Source: an uncultured Candidatus Saccharibacteria bacterium
GTDB taxonomy: Bacteria; Patescibacteriota; Minisyncoccia; Phycocordibacterales; UBA2100
Direction of reading: 5' to 3'
Length of the DNA stretch: 64,000 bases
Assembly: GCA_964424265.1 (NCBI GenBank)
Contig: CAYRHX010000001.1
Coordinates: 498-64,497, forward strand
The notes under the pieces were generated by a model that was not told the DNA's origin, ran no database searches, and was given only the letters and a program-made list of their open reading frames with translations. How positions within the stretch are numbered: the stretch's first letter is position 1; each line of letters opens with the position of its first letter. Position numbers and translations under genes: made by a program. Below, one piece after another: positions 19,521-27,885 of the stretch.

Positions 19521-19553
19521 CCCCATGATAGACCTCCGAGGTCTATCATGGGG
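19521..19553. repeat. REP palindrome copy 1 (CCCCATGATAGACCTCCGAGGTCTATCATGGGG)
   Basis: Perfect 33-bp palindrome, 10 nt upstream of the RAYT start. Confidence 0.85.
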
Positions 19554-19563
19554 TGTATAGTAT

Positions 19564-20250
19564 ATGCATATGGAACTCTACCATGTCCTCAATCGCGGCG
19601 TCGAAAGGCGTACTATATTTGTGGACGACCGCGACCGCGCACGTTTCGTCCACGACCTTTACGAATTCAACGATACAGCCCCAACGATAAACAACAACCG
19701 TCTTTCGATGATAGACCTCGGAGGTCTATCTTTGGGTGCGTCATCTCCAGAGAGGGCCGACTCAAGAACGCGACTCGTGGATATCCATGGGTGGTGCATC
19801 ATGGGGAACCACTATCATCTCCTCTTGTCTGAACGCATGGATGGCGGCTTGTCGAAATTCTTGATGAAGCTCAATGTCGGCTATGCGAAATATTTTAACG
19901 AGCGATACACGCGCAGTGGATATGTATTTCAAGGCAGAACAAAAAGGATACAGATAAAGAGAGACGCGCATTTTTTACACATCCTTCACTATATCCACCT
20001 CAACCCTCTCGACTTTCGACATGACACTTCGCAGTGGCGCTCCAAAGAAATCGCCAACAGTAAAACCGCTCTCAAACACCTCAATGAGTATCGCTGGAGC
20101 AGTTACTTGGATTATTGTGGTACACCCAACTTCCCTTCGGTCCTCACGCGCGATCTTTTTGGCGGGGTTTTCAAGGACTATCCACGCACGCTTAGAGCAT
20201 TCTTACAGGACATGGAGTTGCAATCACTCGCAAAAATAACCCTCGAATAG
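19564..20250 (+). CDS. REP-associated tyrosine transposase (RAYT; IS200/IS605 TnpA-like Y1/HuH transposase)
   Basis: HuH motif GNHYHLLL, the Y1-transposase fold pattern (VFQGRTKRIQI..., HYIHLNPL) and the catalytic-Tyr region NEYRWSSY. Flanked by inverted REP palindromes. Confidence 0.8.
   Translation: MHMELYHVLNRGVERRTIFVDDRDRARFVHDLYEFNDTAPTINNNRLSMIDLGGLSLGASSPERADSRTRLVDIHGWCIMGNHYHLLLSERMDGGLSKFLMKLNVGYAKYFNERYTRSGYVFQGRTKRIQIKRDAHFLHILHYIHLNPLDFRHDTSQWRSKEIANSKTALKHLNEYRWSSYLDYCGTPNFPSVLTRDLFGGVFKDYPRTLRAFLQDMELQSLAKITLE
19707..19736. repeat. REP copy 2, inside the RAYT coding sequence (GATGATAGACCTCGGAGGTCTATCTTTGG)
   Basis: Same palindrome family with a slightly degenerate right arm. 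It is read in-frame as ...SMIDLGGLSLGA. Confidence 0.75.
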
Positions 20251-20279
20251 CCATGATAGACCTCGGAGGTCTATCATGG
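20251..20279. repeat. REP palindrome copy 3 (CATGATAGACCTCGGAGGTCTATCATG)
   Basis: Begins 1 nt after the RAYT stop. Its centre (TCGGA) is the reverse complement of the copy-1 centre (TCCGA), so copies 1 and 3 are in inverted orientation. Confidence 0.85.
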
Positions 20280-20288
20280 AAGGGATCG

Positions 20289-21092
20289 TTATTCGTGGGG
20301 GTGGTGGCCACGCGGCTCGGTCCAGAAGACGTGTCTGATGATTTTTTGGCCATTGCCGCGATCCTCCTCAAAAACAGATGAGCGACCGTCCACGGAGCGG
20401 TGAATCTCTTTGCCCCATGCCTTTGGGTCATTGGAATCAGCGTCGTTCCCCGTGGCGCGCCCAGAAGAGGTGGTCGTTTGCACCACTGTGGTCGTCGAGT
20501 CGAGATGTGCGTAAATGAGCGCGAGCTGGTCGTAGTCATGCTGATTGGGATGCTGGTTGCTCGCGGGGTTGCTCGTGTAATCCATGCAGGTGTTGAGATT
20601 CGCGTTGCTGAAATTCTCGTCTTGGTGACCAAGCCCAAACGTGTGGCCGACCTCCTGACACATGACGAGATTGCGCCACGCGGAAGTGTTGTAGGTCGGA
20701 GTGTTGAAGTACGTGTCGTTGAGCTTCACGACACCTTGGGTAATGTGCGACCCGGTAATCCATATCTGCGCAATACCGAGCCAGCCGTTACTCCCATATG
20801 TGCGGTTGCACACCTCTACCCGACCCGCCGTCGCTTTACAATTGCGACCACCATTACCTGCGACGATCGTGGTGTCGAGCACAACTGATACGGTCCAATC
20901 GGTCGATGCGGTAGCCAAGTACGAGCCCCAGGACCCCGTGAGATTATTGCCGAGCTTGATGGTGAAAGGATTGGATGTGCGTGCCCAATGATAACCACCC
21001 CATGAGTGGCTTGCCTCGGCCGCGACAGCGCCAAGGAGGAGGACGGCGGACAATGCTGCCGTAGGAAGCGCGGTGCGAATGATTTTGTTCAT
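20289..21092 (-). CDS. secreted metzincin-type zinc metalloprotease (HExxHxxGxxH; snapalysin/matrixin-like)
   Basis: Signal peptide MNKIIRTALPTAALSAVLLLGAVAAEA, zinc motif CQEVGHTFGLGHQDE (HExxHxxGxxH) and a downstream Met-turn-like CMDY. Confidence 0.75.
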   Translation of the reverse strand: MNKIIRTALPTAALSAVLLLGAVAAEASHSWGGYHWARTSNPFTIKLGNNLTGSWGSYLATASTDWTVSVVLDTTIVAGNGGRNCKATAGRVEVCNRTYGSNGWLGIAQIWITGSHITQGVVKLNDTYFNTPTYNTSAWRNLVMCQEVGHTFGLGHQDENFSNANLNTCMDYTSNPASNQHPNQHDYDQLALIYAHLDSTTTVVQTTTSSGRATGNDADSNDPKAWGKEIHRSVDGRSSVFEEDRGNGQKIIRHVFWTEPRGHHPHE

Positions 21093-21156
21093 AGATAAAG
21101 GGCGACTAGGATTAATGCGTTAATGCTACGCCTTACCCTTTCTCCCGTCAAGCCGC

Positions 21157-22251
21157 CTATCGCCAAGCCGCTCCCGCCGCCGCCATCGTGGCCTGAGGGG
21201 TAATGGTGGGGCTCGTAAAGACGAAGGTATTGGCCGCGAGAAACATCACGAGCATGAAAGAAAGCATTACACCGGCAGCTACAGCTTTGCGAGTGTGATG
21301 AAGGCGGATTTCAAACTCCGTGGCTACGCCAAGTGCGACAATGATCAAGAAAGCGAGCGCCCAATACAGATACTGCATCATGCTGCGGGGTGAAGTCAGA
21401 AGGTGCGCCCAAAAAGACGCGTAATTCTGCGAGGCGCTCTCGAGCGCCTGCTTCACCGGAGCCTTCGGAGCATTCACATCGGCACTCGTGCCGAGGACCG
21501 CGACTTTGGTAGGTGTCGGAGGCGCTTGCGCCACGACTTTTTTGGGTGGGGCCGTTGCGATTGGTTTACTTTTCACTTCCCCTAAGACGGCCGGAGCCGA
21601 TGTCGCGAGTGCCGTCTCCTCCGGGCTCTCTGGAATACTCACTGCCGTCACGACCCCCTGAACGCCCGATGGAGCGGGTGTGCCAAACTCCTGCACCACG
21701 AACACCGTTCGGCGACCCTGATATGTGCCTTCGGCCACCGCAATCCCGATCTCAGTAAAATGTGGGTTGAGGATATTTGCGCGGTGAGTGGGCGAGTTCA
21801 TCCATGCGCGCTCGACATCTCCCGACTCAGAAAAATCAACGGCCAGATTCTCTCCAGCATATGCAAATGTGTAGCCGACATCCTTAAACCAATGCCACGG
21901 GTCGATACCCTCGGGCGAAACATGCGCAAAGTAACTCTTTGCTGCCATGTCGTTGGCCTTCCCCTGCGCCGCTGCGGTAAGCACAGGACTCAGGGTAAGT
22001 GTGCGAAGGCTGTTTTGCGACCGGTCTCCGTTGGTCAGGTCGACGAGGACAGTCGCCAATACAGAGGCATATTGCGTCGAGGTGATGAAATATCGGTCAA
22101 AAGAGGAACCGAGAAAGATAGATACCACGAGCGCGGAGACGACGGCCACGCCAAGACCGCCGAAAATCTCTATCTCTCTGCGCCCTTTTTTGCTTCTTGG
22201 CAAGATTGACGACGGCTGTCTTTTTGCTGAATTATTCTTCCTCTTCCTCAT
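21157..22251 (-). CDS. membrane-anchored CAP/SCP/PR-1-like domain protein (YkwD-like)
   Basis: N-terminal TM anchor, a CAP domain (AAQGKANDMAAKSYFAHVSPEG...AYAGENLA...WMNSPTHRANILNPHFTEIGIAV), a Pro/Ala-rich linker and two C-terminal TM helices. I chose the start at MRKRKNN; the track ORF extends to 22326. Confidence 0.65.
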   Translation of the reverse strand: MRKRKNNSAKRQPSSILPRSKKGRREIEIFGGLGVAVVSALVVSIFLGSSFDRYFITSTQYASVLATVLVDLTNGDRSQNSLRTLTLSPVLTAAAQGKANDMAAKSYFAHVSPEGIDPWHWFKDVGYTFAYAGENLAVDFSESGDVERAWMNSPTHRANILNPHFTEIGIAVAEGTYQGRRTVFVVQEFGTPAPSGVQGVVTAVSIPESPEETALATSAPAVLGEVKSKPIATAPPKKVVAQAPPTPTKVAVLGTSADVNAPKAPVKQALESASQNYASFWAHLLTSPRSMMQYLYWALAFLIIVALGVATEFEIRLHHTRKAVAAGVMLSFMLVMFLAANTFVFTSPTITPQATMAAAGAAWR

Positions 22252-22326
22252 ACCCCTATTGTCGCATGTGCACCGCAAACGCAAAACCCACCGTACGGTG
22301 GGTTTTGCTGATGTATCACGCTTCAA

Positions 22327-25300
22327 TTATTCGCCGCGGTACGGAGTGAGATCCGTAGGCATCGGAATGTCGAGTGACTTGCAGTAGAGAAGGTTGATCC
22401 AACGCTGCGTTGTCTTGTAGACGAAGCCTGTGGGTGCTTTCAACCCCCATGGTGTCAGGACTTGATCAGGATGCGCCGCCTGGAAATTGCGCACTGCCTT
22501 GTCTGTAGACGCACCGAAGAATCCTGTGAGAGGAAGCCCGGCGCTCATAACCTCATTCAAGAATTGCTGGAGCTTCTTCACCTCCTCCGCGTCATTTTTC
22601 TTGCCCATACGCATATAGGAATTGACGAGCGCAGAGCAGCCTGCGGGAAGCTCAGGCAAGGTCGTGGTCGCCGCACCCAAGACCTGTCCACCTCCGAAAG
22701 TGGGATTGAACGGCCCGCCTCCTCCGCCTCCTCCTCCGCCGCCACTCGAAGTTTCGGGAGAAGCGCTCGTCTCGCTGTCATCGACTGCATTGTTGCAGCC
22801 TGGGTCAGAAGCGTGATCGATCAAACCATCACTGTCGTTGTCGATACCATCGGAACATTGCGGCAAGACATTATTGATCGTTGCGGCTACCGTATCCGAG
22901 TTGTTTTCATCATCATTGTCGGCATTATCACTTAAAACCGAGGCAGAATTTGTGACAATCTGACTTTCTGTCTCACTGTTTACGCGTACAACAATCTGAA
23001 GCGCAATACTCGCAGCGTCTAGGAGCGTGCCGATGGTCCAGGCGCCGGTCGAAGAAGCATAGGTAGTCACAGTCGTCGTACTGTTATCGGAGAGGTATGT
23101 GACGCCGGATGGAAGAACATCTGTCACAACTACGTTGGTCGCATCGGCAGGACCGCTGTTGGTCACGGTAAGTGTGTACGTGATCGTCTGGCCAGCATCT
23201 GGAGTCGAATCATCAACAGTCTTATCTATTGAGATGTCAGCCACTGTAGAGGTGTTGGTGAACGTACAGGTCACTGTGTCGCCGACCGCGAGCACGACTT
23301 CTGAATCGGAGTTGTCGACCTCGATACCCTCTTCGTCACAAACCATGCTCGTGAGATCCCAGTTAGCGGGAACGGTCTCTGTGACATAGTACGTGCCGGC
23401 ATCAACGATGACGTCTACCGTACCCGTGTTGCCTGAGGTCTCAATGCTCGGCCCTTCGATGGTGGTCTCTCCGTCGGAAACGGTGAAGTCGAAGGAGCCC
23501 TCGCCACCGACCGTGTTCTTTACGATGGTGATTGTGGCCGTGCCGTCGTCGTTGGTGATGACACAGTCTTTCTCTTCACCGATAGCGATGGTGCCGGAGC
23601 AGCCTGCGCTTGCAGAGCCGCCGTATCCCGCCACTGCGTTCTCAGTGACCTCGTAGGCACCGGCATCGAGCGTAACGGTCGTCGTCGCTTCAGAGCCGGG
23701 GAACGAGGGGTCGGAAACTTCCGTACCAGAGACATTGATGGTGAAGTCGCCGGCGTCCATTTGTCCACCGTTGTCGTTGATGACGTGTTTGACGATGTTG
23801 AGTATCGGAGCGATGTCATCGTTGGTGATGGTGCAGGTGATGTTCTCACCTTCAGAGAGCGTAACGGTGCCACCAAGCTCAGATGGGCAGCCCTCGTCTC
23901 CGGTGATGGAGGTAAAGGAGTAACCCGTGAGGCTCAGCTCCAGAAGTTCTATCGGAACATTGGCGTCAACCGGAAGCGTCTCACCGGAGTCGACGGATGT
24001 GCCACCTACTGTGAGGCCGAAATCGTTTTCTCCCGCAGTGCCGCCATTGTCCTTGACCACCACTTTGTTGAGGGTGATGGTCGGCGCGATGTCGTCGTTG
24101 GTGACGGTGCACTCCACCGTCTCGCCAAGAGCGATCGTTACCTCGTTGCCGATCAAGCTTCCGCCGGTGCAGGACCATGCCGAAGCCGAGTACCCTGTCG
24201 GACCACTTTCAGTGATGGTGTATGTTCCCGCGTCGAGTGATTGCGCATCGTTCCACGCTACAGGATTGCCATCGATGTATCCCTGGAAGTCAGCTGACGT
24301 TTCATCGCCACCGTTATTGGTCGTGACAACCTTCTTCAGCGTGAGTCCCGGTGCGATGTCGTCGTTGGTGATGGTGCAGGTGGCGTCCGCCCCCGGAGAA
24401 AGCGTGATGGTGCCGTCTGGAGCACAATCACCCCCCCATGCGGAAGCCGAATAACCTGAAACGCCAGCAACTTCAGATGCAGTGTGAGGACCTGCGGAAA
24501 GTTCGGTCGGAGTGTCCCAATCGACATCGGTACCATCAATCTTCCCTTGGAAATCTGCCTCGGTCGCTGTACCGCCATCGAGCGTTATGACCGTTTTCTC
24601 GAGGGTCAAGGTCGGAGCGATGTCGTCGTTGGTGATGGTGCAAGTAACAGTCTCGCCGAGGCCGATCGTGAGCGAGGAGCCGTCGAGAGTTCCCGCGTCA
24701 CAGACCCATCCGCTCGCCGTATAGCCGGTCGGACCGGATTCAGAAAGCGCGTAGATGCCGGCCTTGAAGGTGCCGCCACTCACAACGGGCGTTGTGCCGG
24801 TGAGGAGCACTTCGGTGCTACTCGCGGAGAGGAACCAGTCGGTCACGACGTTGAATGCATAAGCGCTGTTGTTTGTTATGAGCGCCTTGATGAGCGTGAG
24901 GACCGGCGCGACATCGTTGTTTGTGATGGTACAGATCGCGTTTTCACCGGCGGCGAGCGTAACGGTGTTGCCGTCATCTTGTGTCGCGGTGCCTGTGCAA
25001 ACCCAGTCACTTGCGGTGTAGCCGGGAGGGCCGGACTCAGAAAGGTCGTAAGTGCCGGGAGTAACTTCCACGCCGGTAATCTCGGGGTCGCCTTCGTTGC
25101 CCAAAAGTGAATCGGGACCATCCGCTTCAAGATCCCAGTCGGTATCTACCGCAGTGCCGCCATTGTTGTTGACGACAGTCTTGAGGAGCGTAAGGGTGCC
25201 GGTCGTTGGCTGGGTGTCGTTGTTGGTAACCGTACACAGATAGTTCTTACCGGCATACACATCTATCGTGTTGTTGGCAGTCGTAGTGGCATTGCCATCA

Positions 25301-25971
25301 ACCGTGCAGCTAAAGCCCGTTTGGGTATAGCCGGAGGGACCCGTTTCAGTCACAACATATGGGCCAGGGTTGAGCAGTGCTCCTGGAATTGCCCCTGTAG
25401 TGGAGCCGGTAAAGTTATTACCGCCAACGCTAAGAATGAAATCTGAAGCCACGGCCGTCCCTGGGGTCAAGTTATCGTTAACAACTTGCTTGGCAAGGAT
25501 AACAACACCCTGTGTCGGTGCCGCAACGCACTGATTGACTACAATCACCTGACCATCCTGCCCGGAAATCTCGCTGTGGTATAGAACTATTCTGATGCCA
25601 GTCGTGGTTGCGCTGTAGGTGTGATTGGAAGTATAGGAGAAAGAATTGCCCGATCCATCCAAACCAACTTTCTTTCCAGTCGGCGTTACTGTGATGCCAG
25701 AGATCTCGGTCGAAGTTGCTGTACCGTCTCCCCATCCAATTGCAAGGTGCCAGTTACCTCCCTGCTGACCAGTTACACCAGTCCCGGAAACAGTAATCGG
25801 ACCCGCTACGCAAAATCCCGTAGGCGGAACACCGTTGATGAGAACGCTCAGTTGCCCGTCAGCAGCGGATGCACTGACCGGAATAAATGCGACAGTGACA
25901 ATACTGGCGGCAAAAAGAATCGCGTTGACCTTGGCGAGCAAGGACCGCCTACTCACAACGTTAATATTCAT
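22327..25971 (-). CDS. giant surface protein (1214 aa) with tandem DUF11/conserved-repeat (prealbumin-like) domains, poly-Gly linker and C-terminal PG_binding_1 domain
   Basis: Signal peptide; at least eight repeats of the type CTITNDDIAPTLTLxKxVxNDNGG; a TIGR01451-like unit LTVTNSGPADATNVVVTDVLPSGVTYL; a G10 tract; and a C-terminal PG-binding motif (LPLTGFFGASTDKAVRNFQAAHPDQ). Antisense ORFs 23761..24240 and 24484..25110 are rejected. Confidence 0.75.
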   Translation of the reverse strand: MNINVVSRRSLLAKVNAILFAASIVTVAFIPVSASAADGQLSVLINGVPPTGFCVAGPITVSGTGVTGQQGGNWHLAIGWGDGTATSTEISGITVTPTGKKVGLDGSGNSFSYTSNHTYSATTTGIRIVLYHSEISGQDGQVIVVNQCVAAPTQGVVILAKQVVNDNLTPGTAVASDFILSVGGNNFTGSTTGAIPGALLNPGPYVVTETGPSGYTQTGFSCTVDGNATTTANNTIDVYAGKNYLCTVTNNDTQPTTGTLTLLKTVVNNNGGTAVDTDWDLEADGPDSLLGNEGDPEITGVEVTPGTYDLSESGPPGYTASDWVCTGTATQDDGNTVTLAAGENAICTITNNDVAPVLTLIKALITNNSAYAFNVVTDWFLSASSTEVLLTGTTPVVSGGTFKAGIYALSESGPTGYTASGWVCDAGTLDGSSLTIGLGETVTCTITNDDIAPTLTLEKTVITLDGGTATEADFQGKIDGTDVDWDTPTELSAGPHTASEVAGVSGYSASAWGGDCAPDGTITLSPGADATCTITNDDIAPGLTLKKVVTTNNGGDETSADFQGYIDGNPVAWNDAQSLDAGTYTITESGPTGYSASAWSCTGGSLIGNEVTIALGETVECTVTNDDIAPTITLNKVVVKDNGGTAGENDFGLTVGGTSVDSGETLPVDANVPIELLELSLTGYSFTSITGDEGCPSELGGTVTLSEGENITCTITNDDIAPILNIVKHVINDNGGQMDAGDFTINVSGTEVSDPSFPGSEATTTVTLDAGAYEVTENAVAGYGGSASAGCSGTIAIGEEKDCVITNDDGTATITIVKNTVGGEGSFDFTVSDGETTIEGPSIETSGNTGTVDVIVDAGTYYVTETVPANWDLTSMVCDEEGIEVDNSDSEVVLAVGDTVTCTFTNTSTVADISIDKTVDDSTPDAGQTITYTLTVTNSGPADATNVVVTDVLPSGVTYLSDNSTTTVTTYASSTGAWTIGTLLDAASIALQIVVRVNSETESQIVTNSASVLSDNADNDDENNSDTVAATINNVLPQCSDGIDNDSDGLIDHASDPGCNNAVDDSETSASPETSSGGGGGGGGGGPFNPTFGGGQVLGAATTTLPELPAGCSALVNSYMRMGKKNDAEEVKKLQQFLNEVMSAGLPLTGFFGASTDKAVRNFQAAHPDQVLTPWGLKAPTGFVYKTTQRWINLLYCKSLDIPMPTDLTPYRGE

Positions 25972-26235
25972 ACAATGTTTATAATATGGCTAAAAATAAC
26001 CTTTTAATAATCTCGAAAAAGAGCGGATTTGCGGGCGCAATGTACACCTTTTATGGGTAATTTGTCAAGCCCCTGCGCCCAGGGACACCACAACACTACT
26101 CTTCTTCTCCAATCGACACAACACCGAAAATTGTTGACATCGTGTGCGTAAACTGTGTACAAATGCGATTTCCTGTGGATTCCCTTCCAACCGAAAACAA
26201 GAACGTCAAACGTTTTTCCAAGTTATAATGAGCCG

Positions 26236-27885
26236 ATGAACTTACGGGAGGATATCGCGCACGCAATACAAGGCGACGTGAGCGATGACATTGCTATCCG
26301 GACTCAATATAGTCACGACACAAGTATCTTTGAACGAGTGCCGGCTGTGGTCGTCTTTCCCAAAGATGCTGATGACGTGTCGACAGTGATGAAATATGCA
26401 AACGATGCTAAGAATCGTGGAGAAAACGTATCTATCACCGCGCGCTCTGCGGGCACCGACATGACGGGGGGGCCGCTCACCGATTCGATCTCAATGGTTT
26501 TTACCAAACACATGAACCACATCGGAGAAATCGGCGATGATTATGCAGAATCAGAGCCCGGCGTCTATTACCGCGACTTTGAGAAAGCGACGCTTGCGAA
26601 AAACGGGATGATCATGCCGTCATACCCGGCTTCGCGCGGGCTTTGTGCCATTGGTGGGATGGTCGCAAACAACTCGGGCGGAGAGCTTACGCTTCACTAT
26701 GGGAAAGCCAACCGCTATGTAAAAGCGCTCGACGTGGTGCTCTCCGATGGGACGAAAACGACTCTCAGACCCCTCACGTCTCATGAGCTTGCCGAAAAAG
26801 AGGCGCAGCAAGATTTTGAGGGAAAGATCTATCGCGAGACGCATGCCCTCCTCAAGAGCCATGCAGATGAAATCGAAGCGGCACGACCCAATGTGACAAA
26901 AAACTCGGCTGGATACGCGCTGTGGGACGTTATAAACAATACATACGGCACGTTTGACCTCACACAACTCATCACCGGCTCGCAAGGCACCCTGGCGCTC
27001 GTGACAAAGGCTCGACTTGGACTTGTGAAAACCAAAGAGCACCGTGCGATGCTCGTCGTGTTTCTTTCGGATATCGGAATACTGCCGGAGATTGTTGCGC
27101 GAGTTTTAAAATTCAACCCCGAATCCTTCGAATCGTACGATGATCAAACATTCAAGCTTGCGGTACGCTTCGTCCCCCAAATCATCGGCCACTTTGGCCT
27201 GCTGCAGATGATTCGGCTCGGAATCGCCTTTATCCCCGAAATGTGGCTTGTGCTTACCGGCGGAGTGCCTAAGCTCGTCCTGATGGCAGAATTTGCCGAA
27301 GACACCGCAGAGGAAGCGCTCAAAAAAGCGGAGGAGGCGCGCGAAGCTCTCCGGAATCTTCCGTTGCAAACTAAAATCGCGCGATCTGAAGCCGCTGCCG
27401 CAAAATATTGGACCATTCGACGCGAAAGCTTCTCTCTCTTACGGAAAAATCTCCGTGGACTCTACGCAGCGCCATTTATCGACGACATCGTGGTGCATCC
27501 GAGCGACTACCCCACATTTCTTCCGGAGCTGGAGGCAATACTTTCGAAATACAAACTCATCTATACCATCGCGGGTCACATTGGCGATGGCAACTTCCAC
27601 ATCATTCCGCTCATGAACCTCGGACGAGCGCTTGATCATAAAGAGATTCTCGAGCTTTCACCACAAGTGTACGAACTCGTGGGTAAATATCGCGGCTCGA
27701 TTACGGGTGAACACAACGACGGCATAATCCGCACTCCCTACCTGCCGCTCATGTACGGGGAAAAGATGTGCTCTCTCTTTGCTGAAATAAAAAAGATATT
27801 CGACCCGTTGAACATCCTTAATCCTGGGAAAAAAATAGGCGGTACAATAGACGACATTGAAAGATTCATGATCAAGCATGGCTAA
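26236..27885 (+). CDS. FAD-linked oxidase (GlcD / D-lactate dehydrogenase family)
   Basis: FAD-binding PCMH-type N-domain (RSAGTDMTGG) and C-terminal GHIGDGNFH motif. I chose the start at MNLREDI (26236), which has TATAAT 6 nt upstream; the track ORF starts at 26155. Confidence 0.7.
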   Translation: MNLREDIAHAIQGDVSDDIAIRTQYSHDTSIFERVPAVVVFPKDADDVSTVMKYANDAKNRGENVSITARSAGTDMTGGPLTDSISMVFTKHMNHIGEIGDDYAESEPGVYYRDFEKATLAKNGMIMPSYPASRGLCAIGGMVANNSGGELTLHYGKANRYVKALDVVLSDGTKTTLRPLTSHELAEKEAQQDFEGKIYRETHALLKSHADEIEAARPNVTKNSAGYALWDVINNTYGTFDLTQLITGSQGTLALVTKARLGLVKTKEHRAMLVVFLSDIGILPEIVARVLKFNPESFESYDDQTFKLAVRFVPQIIGHFGLLQMIRLGIAFIPEMWLVLTGGVPKLVLMAEFAEDTAEEALKKAEEAREALRNLPLQTKIARSEAAAAKYWTIRRESFSLLRKNLRGLYAAPFIDDIVVHPSDYPTFLPELEAILSKYKLIYTIAGHIGDGNFHIIPLMNLGRALDHKEILELSPQVYELVGKYRGSITGEHNDGIIRTPYLPLMYGEKMCSLFAEIKKIFDPLNILNPGKKIGGTIDDIERFMIKHG

